A DNA stretch of 64,000 nt from Vulcanimicrobiota bacterium (GCA_963786105.1 CAWAXX010000014.1:160001-224000); one strand, 5' to 3'; positions 36,313 through 47,215 are shown, counted from the first letter of the stretch. Numbers and translations are program-made. Notes: generated from the sequence alone by a model not told the origin.

Positions 36313-37293
36313 GTGGATCTTTCTTCGATGATCGTGTACGCCAGTGGCGAGTTTTGCCGCTACGAAGACGCCAAGGTCGGTTTACTCACCCACGGGCTGC
36401 AATACGGCACGGGGTGTTTCGAAGGGATCCGAGGGTATTGGGTTCCTGAAGAAGACGAACTCTTTCTGGTTCTGCTCCGAGACCACTACGAGCGACTGAT
36501 TACTTCCGCTAAGATCCTCACGATGACGTTACCGAAAAGCACCGACGCGCTTCTCGACGTTACGCTGGAGTTGTGCCGCCGCAATCACTTTCGAAAGGAC
36601 GTGTACATCCGTCCGTTCATGTACAAGGCGGCCGAAGACATCGGCGTCCGCCTGCACGGTGTTCCCGATGCTTTGGCGATCGTGCCGGCGCCGTTCACGG
36701 CGTATCTCGACACCACCCGCGGCCTTCACGTTTGCGTGAGCTCGTGGCGCCGGGCCGACGACACGATGGCTCCACCGCGAGCGAAAATTACCGGCTTGTA
36801 CGTCAACTCCGCACTTGCCAAAAGCGAGGCGGTTCAAAACGGCTACGACGAAGCCATTCTCCTTTCGCACGACGGGCACGTGGCCGAGGGTTCGGCCGAA
36901 AATATTTTCTTGGTACGGCGCGGCGTCTTGTACACGCCGGATCCGTCTCAGAACGTCCTGGAAGGGTGCACGCGCCGGGCGATCATGGACATCGCGCGTG
37001 ACGAATTCGGCTTGCAAATCGTCGAGCGGTCGATCGATCGTGGCGAGCTTTATTGTGCCGAGGAAGTCTTCTTCACTGGAACGGCTGCAGGCATTGCCCA
37101 CGTGGCGTCGATCGACCGGCGCGTGGTGGGAGACGGCCGGGTCGGGCCGATTACCAAGAATCTAGGAGAGTTTTACGATCGCATCGTGACCGGGCGCGAG
37201 CCGCGGTACGAGCACTGGATCACACGGACGTACGCTCCCGCTCGCATGACGGTGCCGTTATCGGCGCCCGCCTCCGCCCCCGCTCCCGCTTAA
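36313..37293 (+). CDS. ilvE: Branched-chain amino acid aminotransferase
   Basis: HGLQYGTGCFEGIR, PRAKITGLY, AEGSAENIF, FFTGTAA; AAGGAG SD. Confidence 0.93.
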   Translation: MDLSSMIVYASGEFCRYEDAKVGLLTHGLQYGTGCFEGIRGYWVPEEDELFLVLLRDHYERLITSAKILTMTLPKSTDALLDVTLELCRRNHFRKDVYIRPFMYKAAEDIGVRLHGVPDALAIVPAPFTAYLDTTRGLHVCVSSWRRADDTMAPPRAKITGLYVNSALAKSEAVQNGYDEAILLSHDGHVAEGSAENIFLVRRGVLYTPDPSQNVLEGCTRRAIMDIARDEFGLQIVERSIDRGELYCAEEVFFTGTAAGIAHVASIDRRVVGDGRVGPITKNLGEFYDRIVTGREPRYEHWITRTYAPARMTVPLSAPASAPAPA

Positions 37294-38274
37294 CGACGCG
37301 CCGTCGCCGAGACCGGTACTCCAGTACCGAACGTCCGGCGACATGCTCCCGGCCGGCACGCCGAGCGCTAGCGGAAAGCTCAGACCGCTTGCCTGGCGCC
37401 AGCGGGCGAGCCGAACTTCACTGGTATACGCAAGCCGCGAGATCGAGCGGATGAACGCGCGCCCCAAATCCTTCGACGGTAATGAGGTGGTCATGACCGC
37501 GATGACGTAAGGCGCGTCGCTCGCGTAGACGATTCCCGCGTCGTTGAGGGTATCGAAGAACGAACCGGTCTTATGCGCGATCGGAACGTCGTCCGGCAAC
37601 GGCTCGGGCAGCAACGTGTTGTACTGGTTTTGCTCGAGTATCGAGATCATTTCGTTCGAAGACCATTCGTCGATCAGTTGGCGATGCGCCATGAGGGCCA
37701 GCAAGTGCACCAAATCGGCGGGGGAGGTACGAAGTTGCCGGCGGACGTCCCATCCGTCGGTACGGATATCGTGGGCTAGACGAGTATGCTCCAGCCCGAG
37801 CTCGCTCATCGAACGGTTGATGCTCCGGCGCCCGACGAGGCGAATGAGCATATTGGTCGCCGTGTTATCGCTGATATCGATCATCTTCTCGAGCAGCGTC
37901 GAGACCGGATAGGTCGATCCCACCGGTGCGTCGCAGAGCTCCCCCGACCCCGAGTCTTTGTCGGCGGCTCGCAGCGCGACGCGGTGGTCCAGATCGAAGC
38001 GGCCGGTTTGCAGTTGGCGAAATACTTCGACCATCACTGGAATCTTTATCGTCGATGCCGCCGGCATGCTGGCGCTCGCATTGACTCCCATGTGGTAACC
38101 GGTACTGAGATCGAAAACCTCGAGCGCGCTCGGTGCCGGCAATCGGGCTGCGAGTTTTCGGACGTCGCGATTGAGTTGCGCTAAGGGAGCCGGTAGGAAG
38201 GCGGCGGCTCGCCCCGTCGAAGAAACGAAGGCGAGAACGGCAACCGCGACCGCGGTTGCGACGTAGCGCTGCAT
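37258..38274 (-). CDS. Class A beta-lactamase-related serine hydrolase
   Basis: Signal peptide, ASTIK (SxxK), SDN, HKTG. Confidence 0.88.
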   Translation of the reverse strand: MQRYVATAVAVAVLAFVSSTGRAAAFLPAPLAQLNRDVRKLAARLPAPSALEVFDLSTGYHMGVNASASMPAASTIKIPVMVEVFRQLQTGRFDLDHRVALRAADKDSGSGELCDAPVGSTYPVSTLLEKMIDISDNTATNMLIRLVGRRSINRSMSELGLEHTRLAHDIRTDGWDVRRQLRTSPADLVHLLALMAHRQLIDEWSSNEMISILEQNQYNTLLPEPLPDDVPIAHKTGSFFDTLNDAGIVYASDAPYVIAVMTTSLPSKDLGRAFIRSISRLAYTSEVRLARWRQASGLSFPLALGVPAGSMSPDVRYWSTGLGDGASLSGSGGGGGRR

Positions 38275-38378
38275 GGAAGCGCGTTTGCGTTGCCTCGCGC
38301 CGGTGTTCCTGCTTGCCGGCTTCAAAGCAGCTCCGGAGTGCTTAGGAGCCAGCCGCTCGCACGGCGAACGCGCAAAGC

Positions 38379-38846
38379 ATGACGACGCACGATCTCCGCA
38401 CGGTTCCACCGCGGCGATGGAACGAGCGAGTGGACGGAATCTATTGGCTGCCGCGCTTGATCGACAAAGCGCGAGCGGCGTTGTCGGGAAGTCTCGGCGA
38501 TTACCTGTTCGGTCAAAGTCCGATGGATCGCGCGCTGCTGCAGAAGCTGGGATTGAGGCATCGTGAATTTGCATCGATCGTGCGCGATGCGGCCGACGAC
38601 GACGGCATACTCGCCGCGATCGCGGCGCGCGATCCCGAAGCGCTGCCGCGGGCGCGCGCGTGGAGTGAAGGGTTGCCGCAGCGTCACCGGCTCTTTCTTT
38701 GGTTCATCGACGTCGACGACGGATATCGTACGACTTGGCTTCGCGCGCCGATCGCCGCAACGGCGAACGCCATTTCGCGCACGGCAAAAAGGCTTTGGCC
38801 GTCGCGAGCCGCGCAACGCTCGGCCGGCAACCCGCCGCCGCAATGA
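38379..38846 (+). CDS. DUF5069-like protein
   Basis: DLRTVPPRRW...WLPRLIDKARA...GDY. Confidence 0.65.
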   Translation: MTTHDLRTVPPRRWNERVDGIYWLPRLIDKARAALSGSLGDYLFGQSPMDRALLQKLGLRHREFASIVRDAADDDGILAAIAARDPEALPRARAWSEGLPQRHRLFLWFIDVDDGYRTTWLRAPIAATANAISRTAKRLWPSRAAQRSAGNPPPQ

Positions 38847-39949
38847 CGCCGCGGCGCCGGCTCAACCCCTGGGACTGGTTGACCGACAAACGCGTAACGT
38901 TCGCGCTCAAACTCGTAGGGCTGATCGTCCTGTCGTGTTATGCGGCTCGGTTCGCCCTGGGGTTTCTGGCGCAGATTCGTGCCGTCGTCTACATTTTGAT
39001 CGGGACGATCTTCCTCGCGTACCTGATTTACCCGGCGGTGCACCGGTTGCGAAGCCGTATGCCGCTCGCACTGGCGATCGTGCTGGTGTATGCTGCCATC
39101 GGAACGGCGCTCGCCGCGCTCGGATGGTTCGTTATACCGCGCGTGACCGACGACGTCGGAGCTTTTATGGGGCACTATCCCGAGCTGATCACTCGCGTCG
39201 ACAGCTTCATGAACGATCCCAACGATCCGATCATGTCGCGGCTGCCGGACTGGATGCGTGGTGAAATCGCTCGCATTCCGGCCGAGTTTGCGCTGTGGGT
39301 AAAGACGCGGGGGATCGAGAGCGCCGGTCACGTGGTGCTGGTCCTGGCCGGCGGGTTTGCGGCGGTCGCGACCTTCGTCATCGTTCCCCTGATGACGGCG
39401 TACCTGCTGCTCGATCTAGAGAATCTGCAGCGCGGCTTGTCGTCGATCGTTCCGCAGCGACGCTGGCGTGCGACGCTATCGTTCTTGAAGGACGTGGACG
39501 CGGTAGTCGGAGGATTCATTCGAGGGCAGTTGTTGGTGGCGCTATCGGTCGGCGTGTTGATCACCATCGCGTTGCTCGTCCTGCACGTGCGATACGCGTT
39601 CTTCCTCGGACTCATCGCGACCGTCGGCGACCTCGTGCCGTACGTCGGTGCGGTACTTGCGTTTCTCCCCGCCTTTACCATCGCGTGGGTCAATAACGGG
39701 TTCGTCAACGCGTTGCTGGTGTTGGCGGCATTCGTGGTGATCTTTGAAGCCGAAGGACACCTGCTCGCCCCGAGCATCGTGAGCAAAACGGTTCGTCTGA
39801 GTCCGTTCGTCGTGCTTCTCGCCTTGTTGATCGGCGGCGAACTCGGCGGCATTTTCGGGTTGCTGGTCGCCATCCCGATAGCCGGTATCCTGCGGGTCGC
39901 CGCGGTGCGGGTCTTTCGACTGGGACTCCCGAACCAGCCGACACCGTGA
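38843..39949 (+). CDS. AI-2E family transporter
   Basis: LAYLIYPAV, GFIRGQL, LVPYVG, GGIFGLLVAIP. Confidence 0.9.
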   Translation: MTPRRRLNPWDWLTDKRVTFALKLVGLIVLSCYAARFALGFLAQIRAVVYILIGTIFLAYLIYPAVHRLRSRMPLALAIVLVYAAIGTALAALGWFVIPRVTDDVGAFMGHYPELITRVDSFMNDPNDPIMSRLPDWMRGEIARIPAEFALWVKTRGIESAGHVVLVLAGGFAAVATFVIVPLMTAYLLLDLENLQRGLSSIVPQRRWRATLSFLKDVDAVVGGFIRGQLLVALSVGVLITIALLVLHVRYAFFLGLIATVGDLVPYVGAVLAFLPAFTIAWVNNGFVNALLVLAAFVVIFEAEGHLLAPSIVSKTVRLSPFVVLLALLIGGELGGIFGLLVAIPIAGILRVAAVRVFRLGLPNQPTP

Positions 39950-40833
39950 CCCAAACACTCGCAGAGCCCCGCAGGGTCGACGTCGTCGGCGTGCCGATGG
40001 ACTTGGGCGCTAGCCGGCGCGGGGTCGACATGGGACCTTCGGCGGTTCGCTACGCACGGCTTCACGACAAACTCGAGCGGCTCGGAATCGAAACGATCGT
40101 CGACCACGGAAACTTATCGGTGCCGATTCGCGAGGCGGCGTCCGCCGACGATTCGACCGCAAAGTATCTCGGCGTGATTCAAAAGGTCTGCGACCAACTC
40201 GCCGCGGTCGTCGAACGGGCCGTGCGCGACGGTGGAATTCCCGTCGTACTCGGCGGCGATCACTCGATTGCGATGGGAACGCTCGCCGGTCTCAAGCGCG
40301 CCTACGAAAAAGCGCCTGGCCTCGTGTGGATCGACGCGCACGCCGATATCAACAACCCGGAGAGTTCGACGACCGGAAACGTTCACGGAATGCCCTTGTG
40401 GTTTGCTTTGAAAAACGGCTTTGCCGAGCGAGGTCGAACCGTTCAGATCGGATTGCGCGACGTCGACCCGGGTGAGAAGCGTCTCTTGCGCGAGCTCGGC
40501 GTGAAGGCGTTCTCGATGAGCGATGTCGATAAGTTCGGGATCGCACGCATCATGGAAGAGGCGCTCGCGCTCGCTGCAAGCGCAGGAAGCCCGATTCACG
40601 TATCGTTCGACATGGATGGGATCGATCCGAGCGAAGCTCCCGGTACGGGTACGCCGGTCAAAGGGGGGCTGAGCTATCGCGAAGCCCATCTCATCATGGA
40701 AATGCTGCACGACGGCGGAAGCCTCGGCTCGATCGAAATGGTCGAGATCAACCCGATCCTCGATCAGCGCAATCAAACTGCAATCCTCGCCGTCGATCTG
40801 ATCTGTTCGGGCCTGGGTAAATCGATTCTGTAG
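39946..40833 (+). CDS. rocF: Arginase
   Basis: RRGVDMGP, GGDHS, DAHAD, HGMP, SFDMDGIDP, VEINP. Confidence 0.95.
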   Translation: MTQTLAEPRRVDVVGVPMDLGASRRGVDMGPSAVRYARLHDKLERLGIETIVDHGNLSVPIREAASADDSTAKYLGVIQKVCDQLAAVVERAVRDGGIPVVLGGDHSIAMGTLAGLKRAYEKAPGLVWIDAHADINNPESSTTGNVHGMPLWFALKNGFAERGRTVQIGLRDVDPGEKRLLRELGVKAFSMSDVDKFGIARIMEEALALAASAGSPIHVSFDMDGIDPSEAPGTGTPVKGGLSYREAHLIMEMLHDGGSLGSIEMVEINPILDQRNQTAILAVDLICSGLGKSIL

Positions 40834-40886
40834 GACTGCTCACCGTTTCGTTCGTTCGGGCGCTTGGCCTCACGCGCGCGGGCTCG

Positions 40887-41429
40887 ATGCGCGCGCTGGC
40901 ACAGTTCGTGAGCGAGACCTTTCCGGACGTGCTGGCGCTCAGCGAAGTCGACGCCGGCGATGCCTTGGCAATAGCCACCCGATTCGATCGTCAATGGGCG
41001 TATCGGGGCGGTCAGGCGGTATTGTGGAACCGGCGCTTCGCCGTCGCGAAAGTGCACGATTTGTACCTGCCCACGGCTCCGCTGCAGCCTTTCGAACGGC
41101 GCGGCCTTCTGCGCGTCGACGGATCGTGCGACGGCGTGGAAGCGAGTCTGTTTGCGACGCGATTTGCGCCGGATCGCGCGAGCGTTCGCGACTTGCGGTT
41201 CACGCGCTCGGCGATCCGTGCCGCCCGCTCGCGACGCGTTCTGCTCTTCCTCACCGATCCGCCCTCAACCGGAAGCGCGGCCTTCCGCGATCTCGAACTT
41301 CAAGCGGCCGCGAACGGCGACTGGGCGGATCTCACCTTAGCCGTGCGCGGCTTTACGGTGGAATCGTTCACTGCGGGTACGGCGAGAAACGGCATCGGCG
41401 CCCAAGCCGTCGCGCGCGTCAGAGCTTGA
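40887..41429 (+). CDS. Degenerate EEP-fold (endonuclease/exonuclease/phosphatase)-like protein
   Basis: PDVLALSEVD and RRGLLRV resemble the EEP fold; GDFN and SDH motifs absent. Confidence 0.5.
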   Translation: MRALAQFVSETFPDVLALSEVDAGDALAIATRFDRQWAYRGGQAVLWNRRFAVAKVHDLYLPTAPLQPFERRGLLRVDGSCDGVEASLFATRFAPDRASVRDLRFTRSAIRAARSRRVLLFLTDPPSTGSAAFRDLELQAAANGDWADLTLAVRGFTVESFTAGTARNGIGAQAVARVRA

Positions 41430-42123
41430 TCGTCGCGCGTCCTTCGCATGAAATGCCGCCGCCGCAGACGGCCGGATCCCAGCTGGCATCGGCAAGCAAG
41501 GATTCGATGCGAGATTCGAGCTGCGGATCCACGTCCGGTTCGAACACGACGCGCTTGGTCCGTCCGTCTTCGCCTACGGTTACCAGCAGCGTTACGTGCA
41601 CGCCGAACGAATCGAGCTGTTTGCGGATCCCGGGATCGAGGACCGGATCCGGCTGTTCCGCCCCAAACGGCAGGTAGCCGCCCTTATCGCGGCCGACCGT
41701 GCTCGCAACCGCACGCGCTGCGGGTGAGGCGCTGGCCTGTGGAGCGGCTTCGCCGGAGGCCGTACCGTTGCCGGCGCGCGAGGCTGCGGCCACCGACGGC
41801 GCGGTCGATTCGCGGTACGAGACGGCCGGCGGCGGCGACGAAACGCGGTGCATCGCCGTGTGCGCGAGTTCTAGCCGGGTGGTCTCCGAGATTTTCGTTT
41901 CGCTGCTGCGATGGGGCGCCGCCGCGCGGGGCTGCGGCCGCGGCGGTTCGCGCCGCTGAATCTCGATGCGCGCGACGCGCGTAAAGGTGATCGTCTCGAC
42001 GGGGGCCGCCGAGGTCACGGTCCAAGCGAGCGCCGGAATAAGCAGGGCCGCGAGCGCGTGGAAACCCAGTGAGGCGAGCATGGCTCGTCCCATGAATCCG
42101 CGCGAAGCGGTCGATGCTACCAT
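41419..42123 (-). CDS. TonB-like protein (TM anchor, Pro/Ala-rich linker, small C-terminal domain)
   Basis: ASLGFHAL (SxxxH) TM, P/A-rich linker, VTVGEDGRTK; GGAGG SD. Confidence 0.5.
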   Translation of the reverse strand: MVASTASRGFMGRAMLASLGFHALAALLIPALAWTVTSAAPVETITFTRVARIEIQRREPPRPQPRAAAPHRSSETKISETTRLELAHTAMHRVSSPPPAVSYRESTAPSVAAASRAGNGTASGEAAPQASASPAARAVASTVGRDKGGYLPFGAEQPDPVLDPGIRKQLDSFGVHVTLLVTVGEDGRTKRVVFEPDVDPQLESRIESLLADASWDPAVCGGGISCEGRATIKL

Positions 42124-42193
42124 CGTTTCCTCCGGACCGTCTCTTCGCTCCCAACGCGCAACCACCCCGGCACGTGACGGTTTGATGGCGAGG

Positions 42194-42448
42194 ATGCCCG
42201 ACTCCGCCATCGTCCTCTACCAAACCGGCTGGTGCGGCTACTGCGAGCGCGTGCGCGACGCGCTAAACGACCTCACGCTCGAATACGAGATCGTCAACGT
42301 TCCCGACGACCACGCTAAGCGTGCGGTCGTAAAGGCGATCTTCGGCGTGACCGGCGTGCCGTCGATGACCGACGGCGACGTAAAAATCGCCGACGACGAC
42401 GACGCAATTATTTCCTATCTCCAAGAGAAATACGGCGCGAAGAAGTAG
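42194..42448 (+). CDS. Glutaredoxin/GST-N domain protein
   Basis: LYQTGWCGYC, GVP, AIISYLQEKY. Confidence 0.85.
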   Translation: MPDSAIVLYQTGWCGYCERVRDALNDLTLEYEIVNVPDDHAKRAVVKAIFGVTGVPSMTDGDVKIADDDDAIISYLQEKYGAKK

Positions 42449-42455
42449 CTTGATA

Positions 42456-42541
42456 TGTCATCCTGAGCGAAGTCGCCGCTCGTCATCTGAGCGGAGGCGC
42501 GCTTCGACTGCGCGCCTAGCGGCGCTCCGCTTAGGATGACA
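42456..42541. repeat. REP-like inverted pair without the internal core
   Basis: TGTCATCCTGAGCG...CGCTTAGGATGACA between convergent genes. Confidence 0.8.
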
Positions 42542-42549
42542 AGGGGCGT

Positions 42550-42912
42550 TTACGAACGCAGGATCACGCGGTTGGCGATGAACGTGCCGTCGCTGTAGTA
42601 GCCGACGAGCGCGACGCGCTCGCCGGGAGCCGGCGTTGAGCCGTTCGGGTAGATCAGGGTTCCGTTCTTGAGGTCGACGGTCTGGACGATGCCGTTACGC
42701 CGATGCACGGTTAAGCGATAGGGCGTGAAATAGGTGACCACCCCGAGCATGACGTGATGGCGGTCGTACCGATCCATATCCCAGTCGGGCTGCCATCTCG
42801 TATATGTGGGATACGGATACGCCTGGGCCACCGCGGGAATCGACATCGACGCGGGAGCGAGCAGAGCGGCGAGCGCTAGACTCGCGACGGTTATGCGTTT
42901 GAACAGTATCAT
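42550..42912 (-). CDS. Hypothetical secreted protein
   Basis: Signal peptide, ends FIANRVIL. Confidence 0.65.
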   Translation of the reverse strand: MILFKRITVASLALAALLAPASMSIPAVAQAYPYPTYTRWQPDWDMDRYDRHHVMLGVVTYFTPYRLTVHRRNGIVQTVDLKNGTLIYPNGSTPAPGERVALVGYYSDGTFIANRVILRS

Positions 42913-42960
42913 GTCGCTTCGGGTACCCATTTCGCGCGGGCCACTAAACGAAGAGGAAGG

Positions 42961-43599
42961 TTAGAGTTCGGCTCCCCAGGCGTCCCATTTCGGAACGCGG
43001 GTTCGTGCGAACAGCTCGATGCGCGGCCGGTCGCCGCACAAACGCTCGATGAGTTCGCGAAATATCGCGGGCTTCTCGCTGTGCGCGCCCCGCGGATGCA
43101 GCACGACTTGGGGTTGCGCGAGATCGAGAATTGGAAAGGGGCGGCCGGTCGGCGTGGTAGTTGCGGCGAGTAACAGCTCCGTCGTCGGCTTGGTGAACGT
43201 CGGCATCACGCCCTGTCCGGCGATGATCTCGCCGCGTTTGTTGACTTTTACCCAGACGTACGCGACGCCGCGGTAATGCAGTCCCCACGCTTCGATGAGT
43301 TTGATCGCGAACTGCAAGCGCGGACAGGTCGCCCAGACGAATGCGGCCGCGCGCTTATTGAGAATCCGGCGCACGTCGAGCCCCGCCAGCTGATCGAGCG
43401 ACATCAACGGATAGTGCTTGCCGGCGGCGGCGTCTTTCGTCGGGCTGCCGTAGTACTGCCACGGTGGATCGACGTAGGCGATGTCGTAGCGAGCGTCGGG
43501 GAGCGGCGGAAGCACGGCGTGCGGCTTGGCTTCGGATCGTTTGCTCAAGCGTCGCAGATGCGCGACGTTCTTGGGTGAATAGCGGCGCGGCGTCGTCAT
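42961..43599 (-). CDS. MT-A70 family adenine methyltransferase
   Basis: YVDPPW, FVWAT, AWG..Y..YVWVK, TELLL, HSEKP, IELFAR, WDAWG. Confidence 0.9.
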   Translation of the reverse strand: MTTPRRYSPKNVAHLRRLSKRSEAKPHAVLPPLPDARYDIAYVDPPWQYYGSPTKDAAAGKHYPLMSLDQLAGLDVRRILNKRAAAFVWATCPRLQFAIKLIEAWGLHYRGVAYVWVKVNKRGEIIAGQGVMPTFTKPTTELLLAATTTPTGRPFPILDLAQPQVVLHPRGAHSEKPAIFRELIERLCGDRPRIELFARTRVPKWDAWGAEL

Positions 43600-44378
43600 G
43601 GAAACGTTGCAAAGGCCGCCATCGATCCGGCGACGACGGCGCCGGCGAGGGTTGCGGCCAGATTGACCGCATCGTTCTCGAGCCATCCGAACCCGCGGCG
43701 CAACGCCGTCGGCGAGCCGCAGCGGTGCGGATTGGTTTCGCACGCGCGCAGGCACTGCGGACACCATCGCTCGGCCTGCAACGTCGCGCCGATCAGCGAG
43801 TCGAGAAACGCTCCGGCAACGCCGCCTGCCGCTACCGGCCAGAAGGCTGCGACGGCGGCGAACTTCGAAGCGCCGGCAACGAACGCGGCGCCGGCGATGG
43901 TTGCTAACGTTCCGGCCAGCGTGATGCCGCCCGAAAGCCCGGCCGGAACGGGGCGAAACGTGCGCAACGAGCGCGGCGCCGCACGCGAGAGCGTTCCGAT
44001 CTCCGTGCCCCACGTGTCGGCCGCCGCCGCAGCAAACGCGCCCGAAAAAGCCGCCGCAAGTGCCGCTCCGCCGTGCGCGGCCAGCAGCGCGCAAAGTGCC
44101 GCAACGCCGCCGTTGGCAAACACTTGCCTCGCGTCGCGCGGTCCGCGCTTTCCGGAATCGTCGAGGAGACGTTTGCGGGCGCGTCCCAGCCGCGACAGAA
44201 GCGTCGACGGAATGAAGAACGCGAGGAGTACCAGCGCCCCGCGCCAGCCGGTAGCGCCGAAAACGATCGCTCCGACGACGAAAGCGGCAGCGGCGCCGCC
44301 GGCGGTAAGCGCGCGAGCGCGATACGTCACCAACGCGACGACCGCCGCCAAGGCCGTGCCAAGCAATACTCCGGTCAC
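43596..44378 (-). CDS. DUF92 (TMEM19-like) membrane protein
   Basis: RDARQVFANGG, ADTWGTEIG, SGGITLAG, DSLIGATLQ, NDAVN. Confidence 0.88.
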   Translation of the reverse strand: MTGVLLGTALAAVVALVTYRARALTAGGAAAAFVVGAIVFGATGWRGALVLLAFFIPSTLLSRLGRARKRLLDDSGKRGPRDARQVFANGGVAALCALLAAHGGAALAAAFSGAFAAAAADTWGTEIGTLSRAAPRSLRTFRPVPAGLSGGITLAGTLATIAGAAFVAGASKFAAVAAFWPVAAGGVAGAFLDSLIGATLQAERWCPQCLRACETNPHRCGSPTALRRGFGWLENDAVNLAATLAGAVVAGSMAAFATFP

Positions 44379-45897
44379 GAAAAGTGCGCTTCGAGGGCGA
44401 TAATGAGTCCTTGGGTCGTAAAGGTGTCGGCGACGACGTCCACCTGCAGGCCGGCTTCGCGCGCGGCCTCGGCGGTGATCGGGCCGATGCACGCGATCGT
44501 CTTTTCGCACGCGGCCTCGACTGCACGGGCTTCGCCTTCGAACTGACCGACGAAACCGCGAACGGTGCTCGCGCTGGTAAAGGTCAGAACGTCGGCGCGC
44601 TCGATTTTGTCGCGGAATTCGGGATCGCTCACGAATGCCGTGCGGTAGGCCGCCACGACGGTCGGTTCCAGTCCGGCGTCCTCCAGCATCTGCGGGAGAA
44701 TATCGCGGGCATCTTGGGCGCGATAGACGAGGATACGGTCGCCGGGGTGCGCCGCCTCGATAAGTGCGCGCGCGATTTCTTCGCTGACGAACTCGGCGGG
44801 AACGATGTCGGGCCGCAATCCGTAGCGCGCCAGGCGCTCCGCCGTCTTGTCGCCAATCGCGGCAACCTTGACGCCTCCCACATAGCGCGCGTCGGCGTCG
44901 AGTGAGGCCAACCGGTCGAAGAATGCGTCTACGCCGTTCGCCGACGTAAATACAACCCACGCATAAGACGAGAGCTCGTCGATGCTTCGGTGAGCTGCCA
45001 GTTGGTCGTCGGGTGGCTCGATGACGATCGTCGGCGCGAGAATGGCTTCGGCACCGCGGCCGCCGAGCGCACGCACGAACTCGCCTGCCTGCTCGGCCGC
45101 CCGCGTGACGAGCACGCGTTTGCCGAAAAGCGGCGTAACGTCGAACCAACGAATGTGCTCGCGCAACTTCACGACGTTGCCGATCACCGCAATCGCCGGT
45201 GCTCCGATGCTTGCGCGCTTCGTCTCTGCGCCGATCGTAGCCAGCGTGCCGACGCAGGTGCGCTGCGTCGGGCGCGTTCCGTCCTGGATGACGGCGACGG
45301 GCGTCGACTCGGCGAGTCCGTGCGCGATCAGCGGCGCACGATCGCGTCGAGGTTGCCGATCGCCATGAGGAGGACGAGCGTCCGGTTGGGATCCGCAAGC
45401 TTCCCCCAATCGAGCGTCGAGGTTTCCTTGGTGGGATCCTCGTGTCCGGTTGCTATGGTGAAGGCGGAGTTGTGCTCTCGATGGGTCACCGGAATGCCCG
45501 CATACGCCGGTGCGGCAAGGGCGGAGCTTATGCCGGGAACGACGTCGAACGTAATGCCCGCTTCGCGCAGCGCCTCGGCTTCTTCGGCGCCCCGCCCGAA
45601 GACGAACGGATCGCCGCCCTTCAAACGCACGACGTGCTTGCCGTCGGTCGCCTGACGCACCATGAGCGATTCGATGTCGTCCTGCGGCATGGCGTGAGCG
45701 CCGCCACGCTTACCGACGAAGATGCGCTCGCAGGCCGTAGGAGCGAGCGCGACGATCGCGTCGCTTACTAACGCGTCGTAAAGGAGGACGTCGGCCGTTT
45801 GCAACGCTTCGGCCGCCCGTAACGTCAGCAGGCCCGGATCGCCCGGGCCTGCGCCGACCAACGATACGCGCGCGCGTCCCGCCTTACTCGTCGACAT
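44375..45897 (-). CDS. cobA-hemD: Uroporphyrinogen-III methyltransferase / synthase fusion, frameshifted near 45335
   Basis: LVGAGPGDPGLLT and RLKGGDPFVFGRG in ORF 45328..45897; homology continues in ORF 44375..45409 (PLFGKRVLVTR, FTSANG, FTSAST, CIGPIT). Confidence 0.88.
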
Positions 45898-47215
45898 TGG
45901 CGAGAATCTCGTGCGGAGCCAGGTTGGCGATGTGATCGGCGAGTTCGAGTTCGAAGAGTTCGTCGAGCACGCGCGCGTGGGAAAGCGCTTCGCTCGTGAT
46001 CGATGGTCGCCTTCTGTCGAATCTTCAAGATGACCGAATGCAGCAGCTTCGAGACGATCGTCATCGTCATGCCGGTAATCAGCAGGCGCTCGCGTTCGGT
46101 AAGATCGGGACAGCGGGCGAAGAGCCGCTCGAGTTCGGCGGTGCGAATCGCCTCGGCTTTCTGGGTGAGCGTCTCGATGACCGGAACCGCGATGCGCGAA
46201 TGATACCAGTCTCCGAAGCCGGCAATGTATTCGTCGATGATCTCTTCGACCGCGGGAATCGCGTCGCGCCGAGCGTCGAGTTTCTCGTCGACGACGGATT
46301 TCAACCCGTCGATATCGACGAGCGTGACGTTGGGAATCTCGCCAACCGCCGGATCGGCGTCGCGCGGTACCGCGATGTCGACGACGAACAGCGGACGATC
46401 GGGCCGGCGCGCCATCGCTTCTGCGACGCGCTCGGTGCTGACGATGAAGTGCGACGCACCGGTCGACGTGACGACGAGATCGGCCGCGGCCAGCGCGTCG
46501 ACCAGTCCGGGCAGTTCGAGCGCTTCGCCGAAACCGGCTTCGGCGATCAACTCGCGCGCGCGCGACATCGAACGATTGGTGACGATGACCTTCGCGGCGC
46601 CTTCTTGGCGCAGGCGTTTCACGGCGATCCGCCCCATCTTGCCGGCGCCGATCACGACGACCGACGTGCCTTCCAGGCTGCCGAGATGCGCCTTTGCGGC
46701 TTCGACGGCCGCGGTCGCGATCGAACTCGACTCGTCGCCGATGCGCGTTTGCGAGCGCGCGGTCTTGCCGGCGTTGAGCGCGTCGCGGAAGAGCCGGTGC
46801 AAGATCTTGCCGAGCGACTGCGCGTGCTGCGCTTGAACGTACGCTTCTTTGACTTGGCCTAAGATCTCGGCTTCGCCGATCAGCATCGAATCGAGTCCGG
46901 TCGAAACGCGGAATAGATGCTCGATCGCTTGGCGTCCGAGCAGCGTATAGAGAAACGATTCGATGTCGTACTCAGTCGACCGTGCCCGAAGTTCGTGAGG
47001 AACGATTTGATCTGCGCGACGCCGGCTTCGTAGTCGTCGATTTCGGCGTAGATTTCCAGTCGGCCGCAGGTCTGCAGCATCGCCGCTTCGCGAACGGCTT
47101 CGTAGTCGCGCAGCGCGACGAGCGCCTCGGCCATTCGCGCCGGCGGAAACGCGTGGCGCTCGCGAACTTCGACCGGCGCGGTGTGGTGCGAGAGGCCGAT
47201 GCAGACGATCGGCAT
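45884..47215 (-). CDS. hemA: Glutamyl-tRNA reductase with two apparent frameshifts (~46975, ~45992)
   Basis: GLSHHTAPVEVRE, TCGRLEIY / GLDSMLIGEAEILGQVK, IGAGKMG, DIAVPRD / ARVLDELFEL in three frames. Confidence 0.88.

Noticed and set aside
37258..38274. Acquired beta-lactam resistance gene
   Set aside because: Motifs fit the broad class A-like serine hydrolase family; no clear omega-loop ExxLN and no mobile context.
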